A stretch of 64,000 nt of DNA from assembly GCA_964187785.1 (NCBI GenBank), contig OZ076413.1, positions 47,432,001-47,496,000 of the forward strand. The letters are read 5' to 3'. The translations under genes and the position numbers were made by a program. Source of the DNA: Amphiscolops sp. MND2022. Taxonomy: Eukaryota. Numbering within the stretch: the stretch's first letter is position 1; each line of letters begins with the position of its first letter. The notes beneath the pieces are model-generated. The model was not told the DNA's origin. It did not search any database and saw only the letters and a list, made by a program, of their open reading frames with translations. Positions 1 through 13,155 of the stretch are shown piece by piece.

Positions 1-3000
1 AGTTTCATGCGATATGTATTTGTAGAATATTTCGAGCGTCTCAGGTTAATCTCAAAGACCGCAGAAATCTTGTTTGTGGATCAGAACGTTAAAATCGGCC
101 AACGACAATTAAATTTGTCGCCTGTTGGGCTTCTGCGGTAGGTAAGTGCAGTTTCGTAAACAAAATTGCCAAAAAATGAACGCAAGAAAGAAATTTTTTT
201 TTTAGATTTAGACTTTTCAACGCAACTTTCCTTAATCATTCAAAGATTTAGTAATCACAAATTTGCAACAATTCAACAACCGATAAATCCGTTGTCCAGT
301 AGGCATTGTTAAGAGATAAATGCAACTGTTTGATAGAAACATGCCCAAATTTGACCCCAGAAAAACCTGAGAAGTCCAACAATAACCAGTCTCTGTGGGT
401 TTTCATGCAATTGGTATACATTTTTTTGAAACCATTTGTCGGTTAAAATGTTCAAAACATTCAAAGACGAACAAACTTGCTACTAATAGGGTTTTGCGAA
501 AGGAAAACTGCACCGTTTTGAAATAAAGCACACTTTTGAATAACCCCAATGAGTCGGAAAAAAGAAAAACTCAAACTTAGTCATTCAACGTTTTTTACAA
601 ACTTTGTGAAACTTCTAGAACTTCTCGAGAGATGCAATGTTAACAATGTTCATCAACGGTTCCAATCATAAAATCATAATCATGTTGGCCTCTGTGAAGT
701 GATATTTGCATGTTTGAGTATGTAAAATGCCTCTAATTGTCCCGACAAAAAGTCGAACAGTTCGAACGTTTGACATTTTCACTGATCGTTTGCGAAAAGT
801 TTTGTGACTTAGGCGGCTCGGAATGTTCAATGCGGTATATTAAGTTTTGCAATACATTTTCAAAAGAAAACTATATTTTTTTTAGGTAGAATCAGTCCTC
901 AAATTGACCGACTTTCAAAAATCTAGATCTATAAATCTTTCGTCAGAATCGGGAAATGATATGAAAGTTTCATAAAATTTCGTTTGCTAAAACAATGAAA
1001 ACATTCATTAGCAAATAACTGCGTTATAGAGTAGGCTTTTTGAATTTGAGTTGCAATATTATATAAGAAAAAAGCATCAAAATGATTTCAGAATCGACAA
1101 AGAAATCCTTTGGCAGGATAATATTTTTGAAGCATTTTTCGAAACTTTTCCTGAGTTATATTAGTCGCCTTGTTCAAAAACGAATGAACTAAATATCTAT
1201 TAGGCTTTGTAGAAGACGTAGCAGCAGTTTCTTGGTAGAAAAAACCACAACCACAAAACTACCTAAAAACATATTTTTTGTCCAGGTAATTGATACAAAA
1301 GGTATATCAAAACGCTTTTCTCTCCGAGAAGACGCCGGACAACCTTCCACGCAAATACCACCAGAGTGTCAAACGTTTTCGATTAATCCAAATTTCTATG
1401 AGTTTTCCCTAGTTTTGGACATTTGTCGATGGTTTTCTCGTTTCAGAAAACTCAGCTGGCTCAGCATGTAGCAATCGGTACGCTTTTCAAAGAATAATTG
1501 GACAAATTGTCATCGAAAACGTTAAGATACTTTCTGACCGTCTTTGCCAAGTACTCCTCATGAGATCCGGAAGAAATAACTTGTTATGAAGTTTTTCTTT
1601 CAGAAGAAAAATTTGCAGTTTTCTAGGTAGAATAATAACCGTCGTTACACAATTTTTCTTGTTTTTTTTTAAACAATTTTGTGGGTTAAAATGGTGTAAA
1701 GGTTCAACAGTTGGTGTTTTGGAAATAATGTTTGCAGTGTCTTGTTCCGAAAGTTCTTCAAAATGACACGAAACCTGTTGAAAATGTCATCCGGTTCTAC
1801 AACAAAACAACTAGGTATTTAGTGTGTTCTTGAAGTAAGGTCTTTTTAAAAAGGGTTTGAAAATGGGATGACTTCAATCAAAATTTGTCAACACTCTCCT
1901 TCAAATTTCTATGCATTTTCAAAGTGCATTGGCTACTCTTGAGCCTCAAAATTTTACCGTTGCTAGAACAATTTGAACGTAGAATATCCTGCTGGTCAGC
2001 GGGCATCTTGTGTAATACAAAACCTAAATTGAAACACGTTTTCTTGTAAACTTAGATAGATAAAAATGAAATATAATTCGAGTCTAAAGAAATCTGTTGG
2101 CTTTTCACTACAAAATATGTTACCTTTCGACAATATAATTCAATTGCGACGTGCATTACTATTTTAAACTAAATTCCATGAACATGTCGCGGCAGAAAAG
2201 TTGAGAAATCTACGACCTATTTTTTTTAAAAAAAACATGACTACCATAAAGATATCACATCATATGGTATTTAAATATGTTTGAATGAAAATGCTGATTG
2301 ATCGTCGATAAATTTAGATTGAACTATTATCAAATTCGATTTCCCTACCGAGAAATTAACTTTGATAACTGATCAAATTATTTGAGTACGGACACCCTGA
2401 ATTTAGAAAGAGATTCTACGTAAACTAGTATCGTTATAACGGTACATTATAACGATACGGTACATTATAGCGATAACATTTTCACAATATGAAATATGCA
2501 TGAAATAGCACGAAACTTTCAGCATTTTTAGAAGCTTAGCCAGCAGTGAGATCTGGTACGAAATATTTTTTCCACGTTTCGAGCATTGTGATGTAAGCAT
2601 ATGGTTGCAAACTGCTTATTTAACCCTCAACATCGTCTTTGTTGAAATTGAAACCCAATTGAGGCCTAATTGGAAAACAGAAAAAACAGTTTATGGAGGG
2701 GAATTGTTTCTACTTGCAACAATTTACTCCGCAAATTTTTGGGCTAATGAGATGTTAAATTTGCATTTCACGAAGTGAACGAATAATTGGTAGCACTATA
2801 TGACCTTTTTAAAATCTGAGCGAACATCAACGAAGAGAAATATAATTGATCAACGAGTTAGGGGCGGTCCTTGGAAAGTGAAATTCATTGAGTTGTGAAA
2901 CGTTACATTTTCTTGGCTTTAATCATTGAGCAGCCTAAAGTTCATTGCAACCGAGAGGCCGACGTTCACTTGAAATAATTTCATCAATAACTTGTGAAAC

Positions 3001-3906
3001 AAACGACTTAATTGGATTTTTTCAAAATATAAAATCTAGGAATCATTCCCAACGTTTTTCCGAAAAAATTATTGAAGTTTTACTAATTTTTTAGCCACAA
3101 AACCAAATATGTTAGAAATTGAAGACTGAACAATGTCAGTTACAATTTTCTTCAAACGGGAATGAGAAGTACAGAAGCGTTAAAGATATCAACGCAAGCC
3201 TTGCAAAATTTTCACAAAGCAGTGTTCAATTATCACGCCGCTGAAACCTATACTTCAAAAATGAAACTTTCCTTGCTTTCGCAAGGTTTCCAGATAACTC
3301 AGTCCATGACAAGGGGGCAATATATTCAATCTTGAAAATGTTTCATCGCTTTCACATCACACGTTTTGAAGAAACAAGAGCATCAGATCAGCGCAAACAT
3401 TTTGAACTTTTTTTGCTTGAAAATATGACTTAAAGCTGACGAAAACAATGCTAAAGCTCGAATCTTTATTTTGAAAGCCTATGATTAAATATGCTCAAGG
3501 TTTTTAGCAAGCGTTTCATGGATATTTTGGGTGAAGATTTTTTCCAAGCGCATCACGGTCTTTTACCACAAAAATCTTGTTTTTGTTACCGAAACGTTGG
3601 CGAAAGCCCAACCAAACGGCATGAAAAGATGCAATCCAAAAACAATCTCCAAGAACTTCATTTTTAAAAACTGTCACTTTAATTTTTTTGTGTACCTCAT
3701 GATATATCGCAGAAGATTCCAGAATTTTTTATCGAGATTTTTGGTCTGTTCTAAATATTTTCGACAGAGTTTTTGTTGCAATTCAGGAAAAAAGGCGATT
3801 TTTTGTTAATCCATAAGTTTTACTGAGTTGATTATAAATATCGATTTGGCACATGATCTTTAAAATCATTAAATAATACTAATTCTTGTAAATATTGAAT
3901 ACGAAC

Positions 3907-4110
3907 TTTGTAAAATGCGAGTACTCCGAATGAGACGTTCCAGATGAAGTAGATGGTTGCCATGACAGTCATGGTGTAGAGATCCATCTGCCAGAAATAT
4001 TCGCTCTTTTCTTCGCCCTCCAGGTCACTCACCCGGTAGAGGGCGTGCAATGATGCAAACGCCACCACCAGAACTGTCAGCATCAGAATTGCAAACAGCA
4101 CGTAGATGTC
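3907..4110 (-). CDS. Exon of host pentameric ligand-gated ion channel (M3, short M3-M4 loop, M4)
   Basis: ctatttcag acceptor and gttcgt donor, 204 nt, phase 0-0. Encodes DIYVLFAILMLTVLVVAFASLHALY...MDLYTMTVMATIYFIWNVSFGVLAFYK (two hydrophobic helices). Joins the previous exon to give LPTISYLTLVDIY, the pLGIC M2-M3 loop/M3 signature. Confidence 0.88.
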
Positions 4111-4318
4111 CTGAAATAGCGGCAAAAGGTCACCTCAGTGTCTGTTGTGTTCGAAAAAAACGATTGCTTAAGTTAGTTCTAAGGGAACAGTGACCCAATC
4201 TGTCAACGTTTTCAAGAAAACGACATAAGGCCTGAAGAGACAAATCTTTTAGCTGTCGTAGTTGGCCCCTGGATAAGCGCAAGATGCACTCCTCCTGGGT
4301 GAGGTATCACAAGGGTGA

Positions 4319-4661
4319 TGTTGGAGTTAACACTCCTTGCGGGTTCTACTTCTTCTAATTCGTCATTAGGGATTTCACTGATTCCAGTTTCGAATGTCAA
4401 GGAATTCTGTCCAGGATTTACGTTAGCTAAGTTGTCGACTTTGGATGACAAATTTTCGATTAGCTTTAGAATTTCACGTTGGTTCACTTCAGTGTCCCTA
4501 AGACGCTTGGAGAATCTATTTTCGACTTTACTAGAGATATCTTCAAAATCTCTATCTGATAGCAAGACATTTTCGTCGTTAGTCGAACTAGCTATTTCTA
4601 CATCCATTTGACTAGTACTCTGGTCACTCCGTAGCTTTCTTTTCTGGGTTTTTTCGGGCAT
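4319..4661 (-). pseudogene. LTR-encoded N-terminal Gag-like segment (114 codons), open to the LTR end
   Basis: MPEKTQKRKLRS... has a basic N-terminus and coiled-coil-like middle. No stop within the LTR; the frame runs into the flank to 4212. Same position and phase as Gag in the full element. Confidence 0.65.
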
Positions 4662-6204
4662 TTCTCAGGGAAAATGTTAGAGTTGGGAAACAGCTGAATT
4701 AAATATTATTGGCGATTGTAGGCCTTAAACTATTCCCAAACGATACCAATTAGTCAAATGATTAATATCCAAGTCTTCACTATGAAACTGGGAAGGAGAA
4801 TAACAAACAAATTTTAAAGGCAACAATTATCAAAGTAAGCGAAAATTACGAAAATATTCAACCGTGAAAGTGAACGATCTGCAAAAATCATAAAAATATT
4901 CTGGTCCTTCCCTTAACCCGCTTCAGGTATAAATACTTTTCGCTAGACACGCGGGATAAATCCCGCGCGTGAATTCACACCTTGTTCAGCTCGGCGTCCA
5001 TCCGAGGCAAGGAAGTCCAAATTAGGTCCGCTTCCTCGGGACTCGGCTTTCAGTTTCAACTCACTTCAAAGGAAAAGTGGGATACACTTCCTGCCGAATC
5101 CCAATTCCGCGTTACTTCTTCATTCCCCGCCAATTCAGGACGCCGAACCGAAGTTGGCACTGAAAATTCATGAACCTAGCTACTGAAGCGGGAAAGGAAA
5201 GTGAAATTATCATCGAATAATCCCAAATTTTACTGCTAGTTAATTAAGAGGAACATCAAATAAATAAATTAACAGCACTGATTTCTTCTAAATCAGATGA
5301 TTATGGCCGTTAATTGGCGCTATAATTGAAGCTAACAATAAAATCCTGGGCGAACTCCAGGTAACGAGTTTCATTTAGAGTAGCCTGGCCGGTTGACCGG
5401 GCGATTGACTCAACTATATATTAACAAAACACTGCATGTGGGGACTGAAAAAGTAGCACTGGGGGTTGTTTTACTATATTATTATCAAATATCACGTTTA
5501 TCAGGGGCAACGTTGTTATTCGGTTAACTATAAGACATGTATTAATTAAATACGTTCGGTCATCTGTCCAGGCTATTGTCTTATTAGAGAAAGTTAGCGC
5601 TTTGCCTGGGAAGTTGACTCAAATACAAGGTGGATTGAGCACGTTAAAGATACTTCAAGCTTCGTCGATTATTATTCATTGGATGTTCTTTTGGTATATA
5701 GCTTCTTTCAAGCTGCGGAAAGTTCATCCAAAAATTAGCATCGATTATTAATGATTGATTGATTAGGTAGATTGACTGAGCAAGCGTCCCAGCTTCAGCG
5801 GACTGGTAAGCTGCCTGGGACGTTGCCTCAGTTCTTCAATTTGTATTAACTGCGCTCAAATCTGATTGGCTAATACAGGTTGATTTATTGAAATTTACTG
5901 CTGCCACTGAGGCGAGTCCCCAGTCGACGCGTTGATCGAATTGATTTCAGTCAGCGCGTTGGCTAAACAAATACTGCGTTCACTATTAATATATATAATT
6001 ATTTACATATCTATTATTTTAGGTACGGCACAGAAGAAGGAAATGTACTTTTGCGTGTTATTTAAATAGTATCAGGTTGTTTATTGGTCTTCTATTTTAG
6101 ATTTGTTCATGGCGATTCTGACTTGACCTGGTCAGTTTCCTCACTTCCTTCTTCAGGCGTTCCTCTTGTCATATGATTTCCGTGGCACCTCTGGGGTCGC
6201 GACA
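4319..6204 (-). mobile_element. Solo LTR (1,886 bp) of a long-LTR Gypsy lineage, inside a pLGIC intron
   Basis: Minus strand begins TGTCGCG and ends CAACA. Perfect 5-bp TSD GGTGA at 4314-4318 and 6205-6209. Carries a Gag-N-like ORF at its 3' end. Confidence 0.88.
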
Positions 6205-6532
6205 GGTGAGGTATGAAATGTTGGGTATACCTACTCGGCGAGCACTTGGTTGAAGCATGTATAAACTGTGGGTGTATTTCTAGGGTGATCACTTACCACT
6301 AGAGTGTATCTATAAGGTGAGGACTCACTTCTAGTGTGAGACATTAAGTGGTATGTAGTGTCAGAACATACAATTATATTGAGGTACAACTTGGTGGGTA
6401 CACCTATAGGGTGAGCACCTACAACCTGTGTGAGGTATGAAATGGTGTACCTTAATGGCAAGTCCTGACTCTACACGTTGTGGGCATGTCTATAGGGTGA
6501 GCACTTACCACTAGGGTGAGGTATGAAATGGT
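6205..6532 (-). repeat. Degenerate tandem copies of the pLGIC exon end and 5' splice site
   Basis: Recurrent CATTTCATACCTCAC, GTAAGTG(C/A)TCACCCTA and CTCACCCTATAG on the minus strand; the pattern continues on the far side of the solo LTR at about 4297-4318. Confidence 0.65.
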
Positions 6533-6664
6533 GGGTAGGGTGCTGGAGAGCATGAGTTTGTAGGCGACAGAGGTAAGCACCAGGGTGAGAGTGCCTGACA
6601 GACGGAACTGCACGTGATCCGGCGTGTTCGCAAAGTTGCACAGCGACATGATTGCAAAGAATAA
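6509..6664 (-). CDS. Exon of host pLGIC (end of M1, M2, M2-M3 loop)
   Basis: ttgtgttgtag acceptor and gtaagt donor, 156 nt, phase 0-0. LFFAIMSLCNFANTPDHVQFRLSGTLTLVLTSVAYKLMLSSTLPTISYLTLV has R0', L9' and the LP-x-x-SY motif. Confidence 0.9.
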
Positions 6665-7330
6665 CTACAACACAAAAACGTTTTTGAATAACTTTTCCGA
6701 GAAATATTTGTAAAGGCAACGCGTAAACAGTTGGAAAATTTCAACAACTCTGATAATTTTCATGTCAATACTAGTCAGTGCAAAGAAGCCATGAAATTGT
6801 TTCAATTGTCGAATTTGAGGCTCTCAAAATGAAGACGAAGTTTCAAATCAGAGTAGCATTTCAATGATCAGTTCCTTATCGAAGATTTTTTTCTAATTAT
6901 GACATCCTATAGATGAGATTGAATACAATCAAGACACTGTGTGATTTTGATTGCACCGTGTGAATTAATTTCATAAAAAATATTATTGGAAAGTTTATTC
7001 GACTGAATACTTGAACAGATAGAATTTCATCAGCTCTTTTCTGCCCCCCACCATCAAAATTTTTTGAAGAAACCTTACCGCTATTTTTCAAATTGGCCGA
7101 AGTAAAATTTGAATTTCTCTTTGAATAGTTTTTCGTTTGAACAAAGTCTTTTTCAGATATTTTGACTGTGAATATGTTGAAAAATGGCCGTTTTTGTGAC
7201 TTAAAAACTGAACTTGTTGATTTCCTAATCAAAAATGCGTGAATTCATAAGGAGGGAAAGTGTGAACAAAGTTATATCTGAATTCTAAACAATCATCTTG
7301 ACAGTGAACTTAAGTTTCTGAATTAGCTTC

Positions 7331-7520
7331 TGTAATTGACTGGAGAATTGGATAAGAAGGTGAATTAAAAGTAGGATATGTCAAACACAAAGTTTATGTA
7401 TGATCATGTACACTGATCGCTAGACTGTATCGTATGTAGCATCAACAAAGAATGTTCGCACAATGAGGTTTATGTTAACAGGTACTATGAACTTAATCGC
7501 CTAAGTGGCATCTTCTCTCA
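7331..7520 (-). repeat. 3' LTR (190 bp) of decayed Gypsy element
   Basis: High-identity copy of 12965-13155, preceded on the minus strand by the PPT at 7521-7530. Confidence 0.9.
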
Positions 7521-7672
7521 TTCCCCCTTCTGTAGTTCAGGGAAACCATTGTTGATTTTCGGCGGGTTCTCATTTGACCGGGACTTTAGCTTGTGCATTG
7601 TCTTTCTTTATCTTCGGGAAAAGAGTCAGCAGAAATCGAGTGGGCTGGAGATCTCTAAACGACCTGACTAAA

Positions 7673-10600
7673 TTAAAAATACTCTACCCCTCCTAATTTT
7701 CCAGTTCGCTTAGCGTCTTTTATCCTATTGGTCCTATTGAATCTGCGGAGATCCGCTGATGGTTCAAATTGTATTTTATGGTTTTTTGGTTTCTTTTTTT
7801 CTATCGTTTTTAATTTACCTTTTCGGGGCTTGCTATCTCTTTTTCTGGCGTTACTTCGGCGCTGACGGTTGCGCGTATCGGCGTCTGTAACTCGTCTTCC
7901 CATCGTGTCGAGCGTGTGCCGTAGCTAGTACTGCACTGTACGGCGTGGATGGTAGTGGCGTGTTCACTCCGGGCGTGTCTTCTTCCGTCGGCTGTGTTTC
8001 CGTCGCAGTGATTATTGCGTCCGCCTGCTGTTCTTTTCCCTCCTCTGCCGGTTTATCTTGTGTTTCGTGGCTGTCCGTCTCTGTGGCGGTTACGGTGATG
8101 TCACCGGCATTGTCGGGAGGATGTAGCTGCTACTCGGTTCGTCTGTATCATTGGGGACTCCACACACTCTTTTGTGCGTATCGCAATAGTCTCCTTGACT
8201 GAACTTTCCGCACCTGATGCAGCGGTTTGTTGGTTTTCTTTTCTCTTCCAATTTCTTTGGCAGCTGAAATTTTATCGGTTTTGACGCTAGTTTTTTGTGT
8301 ATTATTTTTCCTTCGGACGTAGTTACGGTGTGTTTAGTTTCTTTTCCAGCTGTTACCATTTTATTGGTTTTGAATCTACATTTCATGGCGTTGGGTTTGT
8401 TTTTCTTTTCAAAAAACTGGTTTTGTTTAAATTCCCGGCTTACCGATCGAGCTCTTTTCTTTGAGTCTTTATGGACCATATAGTCGGCCATTCATTTCTC
8501 CCTCTGAGTCGTTGATTGTAAACATCTGGAGCTCAGTGGGTTGTGCTGAAACGTAATTGGTCAATGTCTTTTTCCACTTAGAGAGAAGACATTTAGGCCG
8601 TCCGAATAAATTAGTTATCGCCGTGCGTGGTTTGCGTCCAAAGTGCATTTAGAATGGCGTCATGTTTAATTTACTATGCGGGTTTTGTCCGATCGTTTTA
8701 ATTGCTAAATTAACACTCTCTTCAAATGTTAAGCCGTCCGCCATCTTTGCTCTAGTTAATGACTTAATTGTCCGTATTGTTCTTTCCACTTGGCCGGTGC
8801 CCGTATGTAAATTCGGTGTGCATCAGATGCGCTTTATATTTTCTTGGTTACAAAATTCTATAAATTCATTACTTTTAAAACATTTACCGTTCTCGGTACG
8901 TATACTCCGTGGTGTTCCGTTGTCTGAACAATATTTCGTTAAAAATTTTGAAACTGTCCGTGAGTCGGTATTTTTACAACTTTGGGCCTTTGACCATTTA
9001 CTAAAACGGTCGACTGCGACTGAAATAAAAACATCGCCGCGAGTCTTTGATTTTATTGGACCAGCGAAGTCCAATTGGATTTCTTGGTTCGGTTCGGACA
9101 AAATTTCTAGATTGTTTTTTTCTGTTGACGGTAATTGTGTTGTTAAGTTTTTACCTGACGCCCTGCAGCTGGGGCAATTTTCAGCTTTTTCTCGTATATC
9201 CCGGTACAAGCCGGGCCACCAGAACGCTGCGGCTGACTGATCCATCTTAGTCGCTGAGGGACGTCCTTGATGGAGCATGGCGATGATCGTTGTTCGCATT
9301 GCTTCTGGTATAACAATTTTGTCGTTATAATAGAGTAAGCCGAATTGGGTGGTCAGGTGATGTCTTTGTGGTCGGTAAGGGTAACAAATTTCTTCGGTTT
9401 GGTTTCTTTCAAAGGCAGTAATAGCGCTTAGAATTTTCACATCTCTCGCTGTTTCTTCTATTGCATAGGTAGGTCGAGTGCAAAATCCTTCTCTGCTCTT
9501 TTGATTGTCTCTTCAGTCCGCTCATTGTGTTCGTCATCCAATTTGTTTGTTTTGACGGTTTGTTTCAACCGGATCAGATTGACGGTCTCGTGTTTGCGGG
9601 ACTTTTTGATGGCATTTGTGGGGTATTTCTCTTGCCTAACGTTGCTTGTTTGGCTTTCGGTGTCGGACGAATTTTGTACAATCCACGATTCGTGATTTTT
9701 TTGTTGAAATTCCATCAACGGCATCATTCCCAGTGTCTCGCAGTAGCTGAAAAATCTGTTATACATTTATATGATCAGTTCCACAATTCTTTTTCGAACT
9801 TGTTGTGAAGGTCGATACTCCTGTGTTCCCTCGTTATTCGTCCCTCTGCAAACAATTCTCGTCTTTTCGGGTTTCAGAAGTATTTTCTTTTCTGCCCAGA
9901 GTCTGTATGTATCTGGCGAGTGTCCTCTTTCTCTTGTAAATGAAGTGCAGATCTGTGCCGTTGGCTTTGTCCATATTAGATGTCGTTGCGGATTTTTTTT
10001 GAAAATTTTGTCAATGAGATTTGATTAACACTGTTCAATGGTATTGAGGCTTCAAGCGAATGAGTTTGTTTGTTTTGTTCACGCTTGCATGTGCCGCGCT
10101 GTGATTGGTCGTTTTTTGTTTCGGTTTGGTTCGTCCTGCGAATCTTTTTATGCTTCGTTTGAATGAATTCGAATAGACCGTGTATTTGATTTATTTCGAA
10201 CTCTTCTTCGGACTCCGCTTCGTTTTGACCGCTAAAGTTGATCTCCGCTGCGTTCTCGGTGTTTACGATTGGATGCCGGCTTAAGTAGTCCGTCAACGGA
10301 ATTTTTTAACCAGCTGTATATTGAACATTTACATCAAAATGGCTCAATCTGTCTAGCCATCGTGTTAATCTAGCACTGTACTGTTTGTGCGCCCTATTTC
10401 TTTTTACCAACGGTTGTAGTGCTTGGTGGTCCGTTAACAGATTTACCCTCTTTCCGTAAACGTACTACCTGAAGTATTCCAAACCCCACAGCGCTCCTAG
10501 TACTTCTAGTTCATTAATAGCATATTTCCTCTCAATCAGTGAAGAATCTACTAGCGAACGCGATTGGTCTAAAGATTTCTTCCTTTTTTTGCCACAATGT

Positions 10601-11423
10601 TGCTCCAAGTCCCGTGTTGCAAGCATCCGTCGTCGCGTACTTGTCCTTCTTCGGGTCAAAGTGAGCCAAGCATGGTGATTCGGTTATCTCTTTTTTTCAG
10701 GATTTCGAAATCTTCGTTCACTTCGGGAGTCCAATCCCAACGGGTTTCTTTCTTCAGCAGTCTTCCCATTCTGTCGGTCTTCTTGGATAGATTATTGATA
10801 AACTTTGACAGGTGTTGTATTGAGCCCAGAAAGGATTTGAGCTCTTTAGCGTTCTTTGGGGGCTTCAGTTTTTATCTTTGGGGGCTTCTTTATCGCCTCT
10901 GTCTTTTAGGTGTTATCGCCTCAGGTGTTGTCTTTTATTGGTTTTACCCCGCTTTGATTGATGTGGTAGCCTAGCCAAGTTATCTCAAGTTTGAATAATT
11001 CGGTTTTCCTCTCACTCGCTCTGTATTCAGCGTTTTGTAACTTGGTGAGTACTTCCCGAGCTTCAAGTTCGTGTTCGTCGGTTGTTCCGTTGGTTACGCA
11101 AACAATATCGTCTAACCAGACCGGTGTTTTAAATTCCAGCATTTTGTCAATGTGCTCCTGGAACACGGTGGGGTATCCGATATTCCGTAAAAACTTTTCT
11201 TGAATCGGTAATGGCTGGTGAAATTGCCGCCAATTATCGAAAACACACAGTGATTTGCTGCTTCCACGGTTAATTTTGCCTGTCCATAAGCGTAGTCCAA
11301 GTCAATTTTTGACATCCAAATTTCTTCAATACTTCGGGTAACTTCTGCCGATATTTTGCTGATTAGCTCTTCAATATTTGGCATTGCCGCTTTCCTCTTG
11401 ACACAAGCCTCGTTGTTCTTCTG
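7673..11423 (-). pseudogene. pol: pol remnants (RT, RNase H, linker, integrase) with many frameshifts and stops
   Basis: MPNIEELIS..SKIDLDYAYGQ, VWLDDI, ERKYAINELE, TDYLSR, H..CPSC, IQLDFAGP..VDRFSKW, PRSIRTENG. Confidence 0.9.
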
Positions 11424-11424
11424 C

Positions 11425-12030
11425 AGGAATTTTGAGGAATTTCGCGTAGACTTTTGTCAGGTCTTGCAACATCTTGATTTTTGTAGGTCAGTAAATCGTA
11501 AAAAAAACGTTCAACCTACAAAACTTGAAACTTTGCACGTAAATGCGTGGATGAAACACACGTGTTCACGTGTGCAACTTGCATTGAATGCAGTTTATAC
11601 GTACTATGCACGGTAGAGCTTAGTAATGATAACTAATTATTTATTGAATCATTGTTTACTCTGACTGATTTACGATGCTGTGGTATGAATTGGAATTGAA
11701 AGGAACACTGAGTTTTGAATGCATATGAACATGGTGTAAGTTAGTCAAAACTTTGACTTACTTCCACTTATTGCAAGTATACCGATCTGCAAATTGCAAA
11801 AAGTGGAAGTTAGTCAAAGTTTTGACTAAATTACGAAAAAGAGTATTTTTGGACTAACTTCCACTTTTCACTAACTACGTGTTTTGACTAGTTTACACTA
11901 TTTTCCATTACGCGCGTTGACACAGCTACACAGTTGAAGCATAGACCGTCTTGACTAACTTACGCTGAATGACCATTTTACGGATTACACAGATTACGCT
12001 GCGTGACTGAAATCGAAGTCACCGCTACGT
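11425..12030. other. Non-retroelement insert replacing protease and RT N-terminus, with nested inverted repeats
   Basis: pol similarity ends near 11423 and gag resumes near 12030. Inverted arms at 11738-11776 and 11794-11832. Boundaries are approximate. Confidence 0.55.
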
Positions 12031-12964
12031 GTATCGTAATGTTGGATTTACACACTTTGGCAAAATGTCCCTTTTCTTGCAGTTGTTGCAGTGTGCTCGC
12101 CGTGCTGGGCGAAAGTGTTTCAATGACCAGTTTGGTTTACCACAGAAGTGACAGTTACGGTTTGGCATTTTCTTTTTCCCCGTTTCAGCTATTTTTCGTT
12201 TCCGTTCTGGGTGTGTGTAGGCGACTTGTTCTCCGCTTTTCGAGCTTTCTAAATGAAGTTTTCTGTGTTTTTTATTTGTCTTCTTGTCTCCGTATTTGCG
12301 GTTGTAGTTGTCTTGTTCGATGGTTTCAAGGACCACTTGGAGTTTCAGTGGTCCTTTTATGAATTTGTCTTGGGTTTTTTTGTCGTTGATAGTTGCTGCA
12401 ACCTTGTAAGTGATAATTTCTTCTGGTGTAATGCTGTTGAACTCGCATTTTCTCTCGATATCCACGAGTCTTTTCCAATATTCGTCTAACGTTTCACTGT
12501 CTTCTTGTTTGATATTGAAGAATTGTGCTCGACTGTGGAAATCGTTTCTTGCACGTCTTCTTGAATAATTTCAGCATTTCTGGGAGATCAACGTCTTTTA
12601 GTTCTTTGCCCGACTGACCTCTTATTATTTCGTGTTTGGCCTTGGGACTTAATGCCCAAATGACGTCTCCCTTGATGTGATACACTGTATGTGGGTCCAT
12701 TTGATCGATGCCTTGATCCATCAGTTCATCCAAATTTCGGTTATACGTAAGGTGTATAAACTCAGAAATTTGTTCCCACCACTTTCGTGGGTTTATTTTG
12801 GTCAAGTCTGTCTCTCTGTCCGATAAAATCGGGATTTTGTATTTGTTCTTCTCCAGTCGATCTGCTGTTGTCTGATTCATTATCGTCTGATTCGCGGCCG
12901 GTTGGCCCGATTGTTCCGAGGTACTCGGGTCTGAATTGTTGTCCATTAGATGCTGACTGCGCCA
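12030..12964 (-). pseudogene. gag: gag remnant
   Basis: Frameshifted ORFs 12494-13024 and 12025-12465 with zinc-knuckle-like CHFCGK and CNNCKK motifs, directly after the PBS. Confidence 0.75.
12951..12964 (-). promoter_or_regulatory. Primer-binding site, tRNA-Ser-like
   Basis: TGGCGCAGTCAGCA directly after the LTR terminal CA; resembles the complement of animal tRNA-Ser 3' ends. The tRNA identity is inferred. Confidence 0.6.
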
Positions 12965-13155
12965 TGTAATTGACTGGAGAATTGGATAAGAAGGTGAACT
13001 AAAAGTAGGATATCTCAAACACAAAGTTTATGAATGATCATGTACACTGATCGCTAGACTGTATCGTATGTAGCATCAACAAAGAATGTTCGTACAATGA
13101 GGTTCATGTTATACAGGTACTATGAACTTAATCGCCATAGTGGCATCTTCTCTCA
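12965..13155 (-). repeat. 5' LTR (191 bp) of decayed Gypsy element
   Basis: High-identity copy of 7331-7520, followed on the minus strand by a TGG-starting PBS. Confidence 0.9.

Larger units (their letters stand above)
7331..13155 (-). mobile_element. Decayed Ty3/Gypsy LTR retrotransposon with short LTRs
   Basis: Direct repeats 7331-7520 and 12965-13155 (TG...CA). PBS TGGCGCAGTCAGCA next to the 5' LTR and purine tract GAAGGGGGAA next to the 3' LTR. Fragmented gag (CCHC-like), RT (WLDD), RNase H and integrase in Gypsy order. TSD imperfect (cttc/gttc). Confidence 0.92.
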
